DNA of 64,000 nucleotides from Saprospiraceae bacterium (lineage in GTDB: Bacteria; Bacteroidota; Bacteroidia; Chitinophagales; Saprospiraceae). Positions 19,559 to 29,959 of the stretch are shown one piece after another; the stretch's first letter is position 1; the number at the start of each line of letters is the position of its first letter. Both the position numbers and the translations under genes were made by a program. Under the pieces are notes generated by a model that worked only from the letters and a program-made list of their open reading frames with translations, did not search any database and was not told the origin of the DNA. The DNA is taken from positions 21,190 to 85,189 of the forward strand of contig JANQSS010000144.1 in the NCBI GenBank assembly GCA_028279185.1, in the 5' to 3' direction.

Positions 19559-21763
19559 ATGAAAAACGTCTGTATCTTAGTTTTAATCGTGTCCTTTTAT
19601 TACACGCCTTTTTGCCAAGACCAATCCTGTAATCGTAAATTTGAGCAACTCGGTCAAGAATTACCGACTCCGAACTCATATAGAGCTGCCGATGGTGCTC
19701 CCGGACCAGCGTATTGGCAGCAAAAATGCGATTACGAAATCGACGTTTACCTTAATGACGAAAATCAGGAAGTGACGGGGTCGGCGACCATAACTTATTA
19801 CAATAATTCTCCACAACCACTTACCTATTTATGGTTTCAACTGGATCAAAATAGACGCGATTCGCATAGTGATTTTTATCTAACAAAAACCACTCAAATG
19901 TCAGATACCGTAACGAGTAAATCGCTGGTATCTGAATTCGGGCTATCTACACTGGATTGTGGAATGAACATAATTCGCGTAGCGGACGCCACTGACAAGC
20001 CTATTTCATATACGATAAATAAGACCATGATGCGCGTTGACTTGCCTACATCATTGGCACCAGGAAAGACTCAAAAACTTAAATTAAAGTGGAGTTATAA
20101 TTTAAATAATCGCATGGAAATAGGCGGCCGAAGTGGCTTTGAATATTTTCCGGAAGATGGCAATTACCTCTACGCTATCGCTCAGTTTTACCCACGACTA
20201 GCTGTTTACGACGACTACGAAGGCTGGCAAAACAAACAATTTCTTGGTAGCGGTGAGTTCACCGTCGGGTTTGGAGATTTTAACGTTCGTATTACCGTTC
20301 CTGATGATCATGTCGTAGCCGCTACAGGTGTACTCACGAATGCCAAAAAGGTTCTTCCGAAAAAAACGTACGGCAAGTACATAAAAGCATTTTCTTCATT
20401 TGATAAGCCTTTGATAATTATATCAGAAACCCAAGCGCGTGAAAATGAAAAAAGCCGGTCGTCTCGTTATCAAACATGGGAGTACAAAGCAGAAAATGTC
20501 CGAGACTTTGCCTTTACTTCTTCCAGAAAATTTATTTGGGATGCTCAGGCCATAAAATTCGGATCGGAAACTACACTGGCAATGTCGCTTTACCCAAAGG
20601 AAGGTAATCCTCTCTGGGAACGTGAGTCTACAAAAGCTGTGATTAACACCTTAAAAACATATTCACACTATTCCATTGACTACCCCTATCCTTTTGCTAC
20701 TTCTGTGCATAGTGCCAATATAGGAATGGAATACCCGATGATTTGTTTCAACTTTGGGAGACCAAACAGTGACGGTTCATATAGTGACGGATTGAAATTT
20801 GCTACAATTGGTGTAATTATTCATGAAGTTGGGCACAATTTTTTTCCGATGATTGTTAATTCGGATGAACGACAATGGGGCTGGATGGACGAAGGCATAA
20901 ATTCATATCTCGAATTTCGAACTGAAGCGGAAAACTATGAAAACTTTCCACACCAACGTGGACCCGCATCAACCATAGTAAATTACATGAATGGCAACCA
21001 AAAGTATATTCGTCCAATCATGACCAATGCTGAACAAGTAGTACAATTGGGTAACAATGCATATGGGAAACCTGCAAGCGCATTGCATATTCTGCGTGAA
21101 ATTGTGATGGGGCCAGAATTATTTGACAAGGCGTTTAAAACATTTTCACAGCGATGGGCTTTTAAACATCCGAAACCGGCAGATTTCTTTCGGTCAATGG
21201 AAGACGCGAGTGGAGTTGATCTCGATTGGTTTTGGCGAGGGTGGTTTTACAGTACAGAAAAAGTTGACCTTGCACTGGACACTGTCATTTGGTATCATGC
21301 TGATTCCGACAATATGCTCGCTCAACTTTCCCAGTCAAAAAAACCAGGACCAAATAGTGATAACCGAGTTGATATCTCGTTAGATCAGCCGAATCCCCTA
21401 GCCATTGTGCCGGCACCAGATTTCCATTATTGGGAATTTAAAGAACGAATTAAACATGATGACGTAGTCGCTTTTTCAAGAAGTAAAAATTTCTATGAGA
21501 TAACCGTTAGCAACAAGGGTGGTTTGGTCATGCCAATTCTCATGCACTTTACCTTTGAAGATGGTACGGAAGAAGAAGTCTATATCCCAGCTGAAATATG
21601 GCGATATAACGAATACAAAATAAAGAAGACATTTTATTTTGACAAAAAACTAAAACATGTTGCTATCGATCCGAAAGGCATAACAGCCGATGTTGATTTA
21701 TTTAACAATTTCTTTCCTCGGCCAGAGAAAACTTCAAAGTTCAAAGAATACAAAAAAAATTAA
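19559..21763 (+). CDS. secreted M1-like (gluzincin) zinc metallopeptidase
   Basis: Signal peptide. 'HEVGHNFF' with Glu exactly 18 residues after the motif ('WMDEGINSY') gives the HEXXH-X18-E signature. Confidence 0.75.
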   Translation: MKNVCILVLIVSFYYTPFCQDQSCNRKFEQLGQELPTPNSYRAADGAPGPAYWQQKCDYEIDVYLNDENQEVTGSATITYYNNSPQPLTYLWFQLDQNRRDSHSDFYLTKTTQMSDTVTSKSLVSEFGLSTLDCGMNIIRVADATDKPISYTINKTMMRVDLPTSLAPGKTQKLKLKWSYNLNNRMEIGGRSGFEYFPEDGNYLYAIAQFYPRLAVYDDYEGWQNKQFLGSGEFTVGFGDFNVRITVPDDHVVAATGVLTNAKKVLPKKTYGKYIKAFSSFDKPLIIISETQARENEKSRSSRYQTWEYKAENVRDFAFTSSRKFIWDAQAIKFGSETTLAMSLYPKEGNPLWERESTKAVINTLKTYSHYSIDYPYPFATSVHSANIGMEYPMICFNFGRPNSDGSYSDGLKFATIGVIIHEVGHNFFPMIVNSDERQWGWMDEGINSYLEFRTEAENYENFPHQRGPASTIVNYMNGNQKYIRPIMTNAEQVVQLGNNAYGKPASALHILREIVMGPELFDKAFKTFSQRWAFKHPKPADFFRSMEDASGVDLDWFWRGWFYSTEKVDLALDTVIWYHADSDNMLAQLSQSKKPGPNSDNRVDISLDQPNPLAIVPAPDFHYWEFKERIKHDDVVAFSRSKNFYEITVSNKGGLVMPILMHFTFEDGTEEEVYIPAEIWRYNEYKIKKTFYFDKKLKHVAIDPKGITADVDLFNNFFPRPEKTSKFKEYKKN

Positions 21764-21837
21764 TTAGCGATTATTTTTTTGCATCCAATTGTTCAAAAAA
21801 ATCTATAAGCGTTACAAGCCAAACATGAATTAAAGCA

Positions 21838-22737
21838 CTAAGATCGTCCGCATAAATATTGCAACTGCATCTTTTCCATCGGATTGTTTTTCTTTCTGAA
21901 CACTTTTTGAGGTGCGGCGCCTGTAAAATATTTAACATCGCGGATAAAGTGCATTTGATCAAAGTACCCGCAGTCATATGCAACGGATGTTAATTTTTTT
22001 TCTTGTAAATTTTCAAAAGCCTTAAAACTTTGATTGAACCGTACGATTCTGCAATACATTTTAGGTGTCATCCCAACATACAGTTTAAACATACGTTGCA
22101 ATCTTTTGTAGTTGAGGCCGAACTGCTCGCTAATTGTTCTTATGGCAACGTCACCACCATGTCCATGAATATGGGCTATGATTTCTGGCATAACTGTTGG
22201 GTCCTGGGCAATTCCCAATTTCGTTTGTCTATCAAATAAAAAGTGTTCGAGTATTTTAATGCGCTGAGAAAACACTTTTCTTGCCCATAATGACTTTTCT
22301 AATTCAGTTAGTTGCTCACCAACAATATGAGAAAATTGAACATACGAATCGGTTAATTGGTCCGATGATAACCCAAAAAGGTGATGCAGCGCACCTGGTT
22401 TAAATTTTGCCCCAAAAACGGCTAGCTGTGTAGTCGGAAAAGCATATCGAACGGCCCGAGTCTTTTGGCCAAATAAATAAGACTGGTCAATCGTGAGGCC
22501 GGATTGTGCTCCAACCATCGTTCGACGGATTGCACCTTTCTCTACGAACATCAACCCCGATGTTCCATCGGGAAAAATTAACTCTTCTGACGCAGGGGCG
22601 TCAAGCTCGTCATGCGAACTGTAAAAATATCGCTCCACGAATGGTGAGTCCGTAGGTGATGGTTGATAAAAACAATACATGTGATCTGCCTGATTTACAT
22701 TGTCTTGTCGGATTTCACGAATAAAAACCACATTCAA
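21838..22737 (-). CDS. AraC-family transcriptional regulator
   Basis: C-terminal AraC HTH: 'VAYDCGYFDQMHFIRDVKYFTGAAPQ'. Confidence 0.8.
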   Translation of the reverse strand: MNVVFIREIRQDNVNQADHMYCFYQPSPTDSPFVERYFYSSHDELDAPASEELIFPDGTSGLMFVEKGAIRRTMVGAQSGLTIDQSYLFGQKTRAVRYAFPTTQLAVFGAKFKPGALHHLFGLSSDQLTDSYVQFSHIVGEQLTELEKSLWARKVFSQRIKILEHFLFDRQTKLGIAQDPTVMPEIIAHIHGHGGDVAIRTISEQFGLNYKRLQRMFKLYVGMTPKMYCRIVRFNQSFKAFENLQEKKLTSVAYDCGYFDQMHFIRDVKYFTGAAPQKVFRKKNNPMEKMQLQYLCGRS

Positions 22738-22983
22738 ATTCCATGTAAATGAAGTGATTTATCAGGCAGAACTGGTACATATTAGACAGATCGACATAGA
22801 ATCTAGATAAATTTAATGTAATACTTGAAATGCCCTGCCTGTACTCAACCGCTACTGACTTGAAAATCGGACAAGCAATGTATGCTTCATAGTATTTAGG
22901 TTTCTTGGCTTAACAATTAAGGTGCTGCATACGTATCCCTCTCCGTATGCAAAGAGATCGGCCAATAAATACATAGATGTGTT

Positions 22984-23030
22984 AAAATAAGTGAGACCCA
23001 ATTCTAACGAATTGGGTCTCACTTATTTTT
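22984..23030. terminator. strong intrinsic terminator downstream of the vWA/rhodanese gene
   Basis: Perfect 21-bp inverted repeat AAAATAAGTGAGACCCAATTC / GAATTGGGTCTCACTTATTTT with a 4-nt loop. Confidence 0.6.
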
Positions 23031-23100
23031 CCTATTACCGTATTGCTCAATTTCTGCCTTCGAGCTACCGAAATACGAACAACCAAATTGGCTTTTACCA

Positions 23101-24672
23101 CTATCTCCTTACAGCTAATCCTTCAAATTTGAGCCGCTCGTCCGACACATGTACGTCTTCCGATAATTCGTAAACATTTTTGTAACCGTACGCATACAGA
23201 TTTATGTACGTCGGAATATTTAATGCCATAGGCGCCATTTTGCCGACATAGAGTATGGGGTCACCGAGTAAATTATTGTTACAATAAATTAAAATGCGAG
23301 TATCTTTATTCGGAATTAATTTGGCGAGTTTTTCTTCACTAAAATCCGAAAAATTCAAGTGCACCGCATTTGCAAGATGTTTGGCTTCGTACATCTGTTT
23401 ACTTCTCGTATCCAAAATCAAGGTATGGGTATCCTTTGCGTAAGACAGGAAGGTGTTAAGATCGATCAGTCTCTTCTGTCGATGTGCTTGAACCTCAGCC
23501 GTAGCTTCGGAGAAGCCGATGTAATCAATGCGGGCCGGTTTAATTTGACGTACCACAGGTTCTGTTCGTGCTATTTTCATTTGCTTTTTAATCGATTTTA
23601 TTAACGAATCTTCTAACCCATTTGCTCTGCTGTCTTTATTTTTCATACCATGTATATATTCATTTCGAAGACGTCCAACTTCTTTCATTTGACCCTTAAT
23701 CGCATTGCGTTCTAAAATGAGTTGTTCTATTTTTTGTTGAATTTCTAACTCAGTCAATTTTGAATACGATTCAGGCAAATTGTGAATATCTCTTATTACT
23801 TTTTTATCGGTATTGTATGCATCAATTAAATCCCAATTGGCATTATTGTACTGCCCTCTTATTTTATAAAGGCTTCTTGTTGCTATGTTTGCTGTGCCAT
23901 AACCGGCCGCATTATTATCTTGTTTATGTAAATTTTCATAACCTAACTTGCCATCTTTTCCATATGGAATATAAGTTTCGTTTAATTTCTTGTTCAATGC
24001 ATTCAGTTGATCATCATAAGGAGTATTAATATATTGAATTTGCTCGTTGTGATTGATAACAAAAAAATCTCCTCCTCCGCGAAGTGCACCATCTTTCCAT
24101 TGTAACGAAATGCCACTTTGAAAATCGCCACAGAATATAGTATTAACCAAAATATCTTTTCCTTGAGCTGTTTCCATTACATCAATATAATCAACAGTGC
24201 CTTGCGCGAACGATTCATTGCCTGCAATAAATACAACTTTATACATAGCCCTATTATCCCACTTCAACTCCTTAAACGATTTGCTCAAAACTTCTCCGCA
24301 ATATTCTTTTCCGCCATTTGTAGTTAAGGAGAATAAGTTTTCGGAAATTTGATCTACGTCATGCGTAAAGCTTGAAAGTTGGCGAACAAATCCATCATTA
24401 CTACTCAAGCCAGAATTTCCGTATTCGTACAGAGCTAATTCAAGCACAACATCTTCGCCTCCTCGTTCGGCAATTTCATTAACTATTTTCCAAAGTTTTG
24501 CTTTTGCCTGCTCGATAAGGCCACGCATGGAACTACTTGTATCGAGCAGTAATGCCACTTGCACTTTGTTCTGCTTTTGACTATGGCTTTTTTCTGGATA
24601 AAGTCTTGTATCCTGGGGCTCATACGCAGTCATTAACCCAAATAATGCGATGAGAGAGATAATACTTTTCAT
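23101..24672 (-). CDS. secreted vWA-domain protein with coiled-coil linker and C-terminal rhodanese-like domain
   Basis: Signal peptide. MIDAS motif 'ALLLDTSSSM'. Coiled coil 'LEIQQKIEQLILERNAIKGQMKEVGRL'. Rhodanese-like C-terminus with active-site-loop position 'ILIYCNNNLLGD'. Confidence 0.7.
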   Translation of the reverse strand: MKSIISLIALFGLMTAYEPQDTRLYPEKSHSQKQNKVQVALLLDTSSSMRGLIEQAKAKLWKIVNEIAERGGEDVVLELALYEYGNSGLSSNDGFVRQLSSFTHDVDQISENLFSLTTNGGKEYCGEVLSKSFKELKWDNRAMYKVVFIAGNESFAQGTVDYIDVMETAQGKDILVNTIFCGDFQSGISLQWKDGALRGGGDFFVINHNEQIQYINTPYDDQLNALNKKLNETYIPYGKDGKLGYENLHKQDNNAAGYGTANIATRSLYKIRGQYNNANWDLIDAYNTDKKVIRDIHNLPESYSKLTELEIQQKIEQLILERNAIKGQMKEVGRLRNEYIHGMKNKDSRANGLEDSLIKSIKKQMKIARTEPVVRQIKPARIDYIGFSEATAEVQAHRQKRLIDLNTFLSYAKDTHTLILDTRSKQMYEAKHLANAVHLNFSDFSEEKLAKLIPNKDTRILIYCNNNLLGDPILYVGKMAPMALNIPTYINLYAYGYKNVYELSEDVHVSDERLKFEGLAVRR

Positions 24673-24860
24673 AATTTAATCGATTTGTGATAAAATGTTG
24701 TGATTTGCAGTTCAAATATCCTATCGGTATCAACACGTTTCAAGTTGATCTTGGCTAACATTCCTCACCGATACGTGAATCAGCCTATAAACTTTGTAAA
24801 CCAGCGCTCTGTCGTTGTAACAAATACGACCATCCGAACAGGGAGCGTTACCTTTGACAT

Positions 24861-26732
24861 ATGAGCAATTACGCTATATCACTACTACTATCAATCGTCT
24901 GTCTTCTCTTTACATCGGCTACAATTCATAGCCAACATAGAGACGGCAGTAGGCCCGACACTTCCCTTACACACGTAAAATCATTGATGAAAAGTGATGT
25001 CCAACAAGCCAGTGCAGAACTGCGTGCTTTACTCAATCAAAAAAATATTAAACATTATCCCGGATTTCTACTTGAAGCATACACCCTGCTTGGTGATATA
25101 TATATAGATATTGATCAGGTCGATTTGGCCATTAAGCGATATGAAAAAGCGTGGAGTTATTCGGACGATTCGATGGATAAAGTAAGACAACGATTACTCC
25201 TCAAAAAAGGTACGGCTACCTTGAAGTCAAACCCCAATCTGGCCATCTCCTATTTTAATTCGTGCTTAGTACAAAACCCTAAAGGAGAATATGCTTCTGC
25301 TTGCAGGGAAGGGCTGGCCGACGCACAAGTGGCTTTAAATAAATCTTCACCTGCATTGAAATTATATTTAGATTTAGAACAACATTATCAGGATGAAAAT
25401 CATCCGGAAGACTTGGTACGTATCCAGGCTAAATTGGCCAATGCCTACTATGCACAAAATGACATCGTCAATGCGCGCACCAACTTTCAAAATGCGTATT
25501 CGAATGCACAGCTATCACCGCCTAATAATGATGTCGTTCTGGATGTGTACAATCAAGCCAAAGAAAATATAATATCAGGTGAAACCAGTTTAGAAAATCA
25601 AAAAGCCATTCGGGGACAAAATATTGAATTAAATAATTTAAATCCCAGACAAAAAGCTGTTGAACAGTTAAAACTAGCCGAGCTTTATGTGCTGGCTGAT
25701 GAACCACAATTAGCCCTCAGCACTTTAAAAGAGGCGGATAAGACTATTGGCAACATTGATGCGCCCGAAATAAAGGCTGAAATTAATCGTAAATCGTCCC
25801 GGGTTTTTGCAAGACAAGGTGAATTTGACAAAGCATTCGAAGCACTGCGCATTTATGAAAAAGAACGCCAAGCCGCGCTCGACGCAACTGAAACTAATTT
25901 AAATAAACAACTGGCCATTGTCAAAAATCAGCAGCGTATAGACTTGGACGAAAAGGACTACATAAACGCATACAATAAAACGACATACGATAAAAGCCTC
26001 TACAAAACTCAACGCTATATTATTGTATTACTCTCATCTTTGCTTCTCATTGCGGCGATATCGCTGTATATCATTTGGCGAAATATTGAATCAAAAAAAC
26101 GAACAAACAGCTTATTACAATTGAAGAATCTTCGGGCACAAATGAATCCACATTTTCTCTTTAATGCACTGAACACAGTTAACGAATATATTATCACGCA
26201 AGATGAACGCAGCGCAAATCAGTATTTGACCGATTTTTCATCTTTAATGCGCCATATATTAGACAACTCCCAAAAAGACCTAATCCCGTTACATGACGAA
26301 TTACATGTTTCACGGCTTTACCTGGAATTGGAACATCGCCGATTTAGTGATCATTTTGATTTCAACATTGAAGTTGATGATGATTTGCCCGATGATCTTC
26401 AACTTCCTCCATTAACCTTACAGCCCTTTCTTGAAAATGCGATTTGGCACGGATTACGCTATAAGAAAGAAAAAGGCACCTTATTCTTTAACATCAAAAA
26501 CAGTAATACCGGAGTCGTCATACGAATTATTGACAACGGCATCGGACGTCTGAAATCCAAAGAGTTGAAGACTCAAAATCAAAAATTACGAAAATCGACA
26601 GGTTTATCCAATACCACTAAGCGTATCCAACTTGTCAACCGTCTATACAACACAAACATGCATCTCTATATAATGGATGCCTTTCCATCATCTGAAGACG
26701 TAGGAACAGAAATAAAAATAGAATTAAGGTAA
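24861..26732 (+). CDS. sensor histidine kinase, LytS/YehU-type (His_kinase PF06580-like) with periplasmic TPR-like sensor domain
   Basis: Signal peptide, TPR-like region, TM 'YIIVLLSSLLLIAAISLYIIW', then 'LRAQMNPHFLFNALNTVNEYI' and an HATPase region. Confidence 0.8.
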   Translation: MSNYAISLLLSIVCLLFTSATIHSQHRDGSRPDTSLTHVKSLMKSDVQQASAELRALLNQKNIKHYPGFLLEAYTLLGDIYIDIDQVDLAIKRYEKAWSYSDDSMDKVRQRLLLKKGTATLKSNPNLAISYFNSCLVQNPKGEYASACREGLADAQVALNKSSPALKLYLDLEQHYQDENHPEDLVRIQAKLANAYYAQNDIVNARTNFQNAYSNAQLSPPNNDVVLDVYNQAKENIISGETSLENQKAIRGQNIELNNLNPRQKAVEQLKLAELYVLADEPQLALSTLKEADKTIGNIDAPEIKAEINRKSSRVFARQGEFDKAFEALRIYEKERQAALDATETNLNKQLAIVKNQQRIDLDEKDYINAYNKTTYDKSLYKTQRYIIVLLSSLLLIAAISLYIIWRNIESKKRTNSLLQLKNLRAQMNPHFLFNALNTVNEYIITQDERSANQYLTDFSSLMRHILDNSQKDLIPLHDELHVSRLYLELEHRRFSDHFDFNIEVDDDLPDDLQLPPLTLQPFLENAIWHGLRYKKEKGTLFFNIKNSNTGVVIRIIDNGIGRLKSKELKTQNQKLRKSTGLSNTTKRIQLVNRLYNTNMHLYIMDAFPSSEDVGTEIKIELR

Positions 26733-26741
26733 GATCACTAA

Positions 26742-27515
26742 ATGTCAGAAAACAATACAAATCAAAATACGATCAAAGCAATTATTGTAGACGACGAGTT
26801 ATCAGCGCGAAAAAGTTTAGCCAGTTTTATCCAAAAATATTGCGGACAGGTACAAATCGTAGGCCAGGCCAGTGATATTGAACAAGCCTCAGATTTAATT
26901 CAAGATAATACACCTGATCTTGTTTTTTTAGATATTGAGATGCCAGGTGGTAATGCATTTGATTTGCTTGATCGATTTACAGAAATAAATTTCGAAATTA
27001 TTTTTATTACAGCTTTCAATGACTATGCCGTAAAGGCATTCGAAATGAGTGCCGCCAACTACTTGCTCAAACCCTTATCAATCGATGCGTTGACTCAAGC
27101 TGTTGCACAGGTCTCTCAGAAGTTACAAAATGCGCAGGAGCTCTTTTCAAATCGAATTTTATTGTCGAATATGAATGTAGGGAATAAGCAAGACCAACAA
27201 ATCGTATTACCTCTAATTGATGGGTTCGAGCTCGTTAAGTTGTCCCAAATAATTTTTATTCGCGCTTTGGATAACTTTTCCCAGGTACATCTAGAAGATG
27301 GTCGAAAAATCACGGTTTGCCGAAAGCTCAAACATTTCGAACATTTACTTCAGACAACTGGGTTTTTCCGCATCCATCGTTCTCACATAGTCAACAAAAT
27401 ATTCATTCAGCGCTATCACAAAGGAAAGGGAGGGTATGTTGTTCTACATTCCGGTCACGAACTGGACGTAGCACAAAGCAGAAAAAAGGAGTTCTTGGAA
27501 CTCTTCGGAAGTTAA
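26742..27515 (+). CDS. LytTR-family response regulator
   Basis: Receiver domain 'IIVDDE...DLVFLDIEMPG'. LytTR DNA-binding domain 'FFRIHRSHIVNKIFIQ'. Confidence 0.85.
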   Translation: MSENNTNQNTIKAIIVDDELSARKSLASFIQKYCGQVQIVGQASDIEQASDLIQDNTPDLVFLDIEMPGGNAFDLLDRFTEINFEIIFITAFNDYAVKAFEMSAANYLLKPLSIDALTQAVAQVSQKLQNAQELFSNRILLSNMNVGNKQDQQIVLPLIDGFELVKLSQIIFIRALDNFSQVHLEDGRKITVCRKLKHFEHLLQTTGFFRIHRSHIVNKIFIQRYHKGKGGYVVLHSGHELDVAQSRKKEFLELFGS

Positions 27516-27596
27516 AAGTGGACTATATCAGCGCTTTATCAACTTACGCAGCGTTTCTTTCCTTATCTTTCTCTTACGGGCAAAGATTACGAGAAA

Positions 27597-29414
27597 ATGA
27601 TTCAGAATATGCGATATAGAAATTTGATAACCCTGAGCGCTGTCCTGCTCTGCATCTTTGGCCTTTTTCAGAGCTGCGTAAAGGACAGCCTGGAAACCGT
27701 ACGAACAGAGATCAACCCAGACCCACAGGAAGTGATTAACTCCTCATTTTATGGGCAAGTGCTCAATGACGCAGGACAACCTGTCGCAGGAGCTGACGTC
27801 ACAATCAGAACGCTAGAAGGCATGCAAGTTCTGCAGACGAATTCCAACGGATATTTTCAAATACTCCGATACAACAATATCGGTGCATCGGCCTATATAA
27901 AGGTGGAAGCTGAAGGCTATTTTGATGGCTACAGACGTGTTTCGTTGGTGCGTAACAACTATAATTTTACACGAATTCAGCTGTTGGATAAAACATTTGT
28001 AGGGACAATCAGTTCAGCTGATGGTGGTGAAGTGAGTACATCTACGGGTATGAAGCTGCGATTGCCATCATCTGCTATCCTTCGTTCAAATGGTCAGACA
28101 TATGAAGGAGATGTACGTGTTGAAATGGCGTGGGTTGACCCAACTGGTACTGATTTACCTGATAGAATGATAGGCGATTTAAGTGGAATTTCGCTTGAAG
28201 GAAACACCGCTACGCTGGCAACTTACGGCATGGTACATGTCGAACTATCCGATGCAAATGGACAAGAATTAAATATAAAAGAAGGTCAGTTGGCGCAATT
28301 AAGTTATCCAATCCCAAGTAGTCGACTTACTAGCGCTCCCAACACCATACCCCTTTGGTCATATGATGAAGTAGAAGGTACGTGGATTGAAGAATCATTT
28401 GCAATCTTAGAAGGGAACAATTATGTCGGAGATGTGAGTCACTTCAGCGCATGGAATGTTGACTTTTTAATGGATCCAATAACGATCAACGGCTGCGTAC
28501 AAATCAACAGTCAAAACCGTGAAGGCACTGTCCTACGGGCACGAGTTCTGGTCTGCAGTGACCTGATAGGAACAAAAGGTGGCTGGTTATGCCCGGATGG
28601 AAAATTTGAGTTTTATAATTTTCCAAAAAACGAGGAATTCACGTTAAAAATCTTGGATGAATGCGGCGAAGTAATTTATGAACAAGTCTACGGACCTTTT
28701 GACGCGGATGAAAACCTGGGTACTATTAATGTAGACTTAATTACAACCGATTTAGTATCCATTATTGGAACAGCTTTGAACTGTGACAATCAAAATATCA
28801 CAAATGGCTATGCCCAAATCACTACAGATTTAGGCGATGAATATTTAGTACCAATTACCGATGGAGTTTACTCATTGGATTTACCAGCTTGTCTCGAAGT
28901 AGAAAGTGCAACAATCGTTGTTTTTGATTATGATGCACTGAAGATGAGCGCTCCGGTAAATGTCACACTTACACCTGGTATTAATAATATCGAAGTTTTA
29001 GAAGCATGTGACGAATTGGATGAATTTTTATACGTCATTATTCCGGATGTCACAAATACATTAACACTGAACCCATATTTATTTGGTGCGCCGGGTGATT
29101 TTGGTGTCAATTTCCGAAATGACACGTTCGAAATCTTTTCATTTGGAATTGGCGGCTTCGATCCTCCGGTTTCCGGCACGGGCACATATCAAGTTGATTC
29201 CATCTGGTTAAATTATTACAATATACCTGAGGAAACAGGTATTTGGATAAATACAGTTGGATCACCGATCACCGTAACAATTACCTCCTACGGGCCGGAT
29301 GTGGACGACATCGTCCGAGGAAGTTATGAAGGGGAAGTTGAAGTCTGGCAAAATCAAATGTCGTTAGGAAATAAAATAATTAACGGAACTTTTAAAATAA
29401 GGCGCGATAGATAA
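27597..29414 (+). CDS. secreted/lipoprotein with carboxypeptidase-regulatory-like beta-sandwich N-domain (605 aa)
   Basis: Signal peptide with lipobox-like 'LFQSC'. 'GQVLNDAGQPVAGADVTIRT...SNGYFQI' resembles a CarboxypepD_reg fold. Confidence 0.6.
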   Translation: MIQNMRYRNLITLSAVLLCIFGLFQSCVKDSLETVRTEINPDPQEVINSSFYGQVLNDAGQPVAGADVTIRTLEGMQVLQTNSNGYFQILRYNNIGASAYIKVEAEGYFDGYRRVSLVRNNYNFTRIQLLDKTFVGTISSADGGEVSTSTGMKLRLPSSAILRSNGQTYEGDVRVEMAWVDPTGTDLPDRMIGDLSGISLEGNTATLATYGMVHVELSDANGQELNIKEGQLAQLSYPIPSSRLTSAPNTIPLWSYDEVEGTWIEESFAILEGNNYVGDVSHFSAWNVDFLMDPITINGCVQINSQNREGTVLRARVLVCSDLIGTKGGWLCPDGKFEFYNFPKNEEFTLKILDECGEVIYEQVYGPFDADENLGTINVDLITTDLVSIIGTALNCDNQNITNGYAQITTDLGDEYLVPITDGVYSLDLPACLEVESATIVVFDYDALKMSAPVNVTLTPGINNIEVLEACDELDEFLYVIIPDVTNTLTLNPYLFGAPGDFGVNFRNDTFEIFSFGIGGFDPPVSGTGTYQVDSIWLNYYNIPEETGIWINTVGSPITVTITSYGPDVDDIVRGSYEGEVEVWQNQMSLGNKIINGTFKIRRDR

Positions 29415-29419
29415 AACGC

Positions 29420-29959
29420 ATGGCCGTAGAGCATATAATCAAGGGATGCATCAAGCAAAATAGAAGGGCTCAGAAAGAGCTCTTCTATACCTATTCTAAG
29501 CAATTAATGGCCACTGCTATGCGGTATACAAAAAACGAATTTGCCGCAAAGGATGTCGTACAGGAGAGTTTTATAAAAATATATAACTCCATGCATCAAT
29601 TAAAGCAATACCATGAAGGAACATTAATTGCCTGGATGAAAAAAATTACGGCACGACAAGCGCTACGGTACCTGGAACAAAATAAATCATTCCAAGCAAG
29701 ACAAGTGAGCAAACGATCACACAGCGTTTCATCAACGAGTGAACTTCAGTTGGAAGACGTAAAGTTGGCATTAGATAAATTACCCGACGGATATCGAACC
29801 GTCTTTCAACTCTATGTGATTGAAGGCTATTCACATAAAGAAATTGGCGAAATGCTCAACATCGGCACTAGTTCATCGCGATCTCAATTAACACGCGCAC
29901 GTACTATGTTTTATGAAAAATGGTCAGAATTAGAAAATTACTATGGAAATGTCAAATAA
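29420..29959 (+). CDS. ECF sigma factor
   Basis: Region 2 'DVVQESFIKIY'. Region 4 'FQLYVIEGYSHKEIGEMLNIGTSSSRSQLTRAR'. Confidence 0.8.
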   Translation: MAVEHIIKGCIKQNRRAQKELFYTYSKQLMATAMRYTKNEFAAKDVVQESFIKIYNSMHQLKQYHEGTLIAWMKKITARQALRYLEQNKSFQARQVSKRSHSVSSTSELQLEDVKLALDKLPDGYRTVFQLYVIEGYSHKEIGEMLNIGTSSSRSQLTRARTMFYEKWSELENYYGNVK

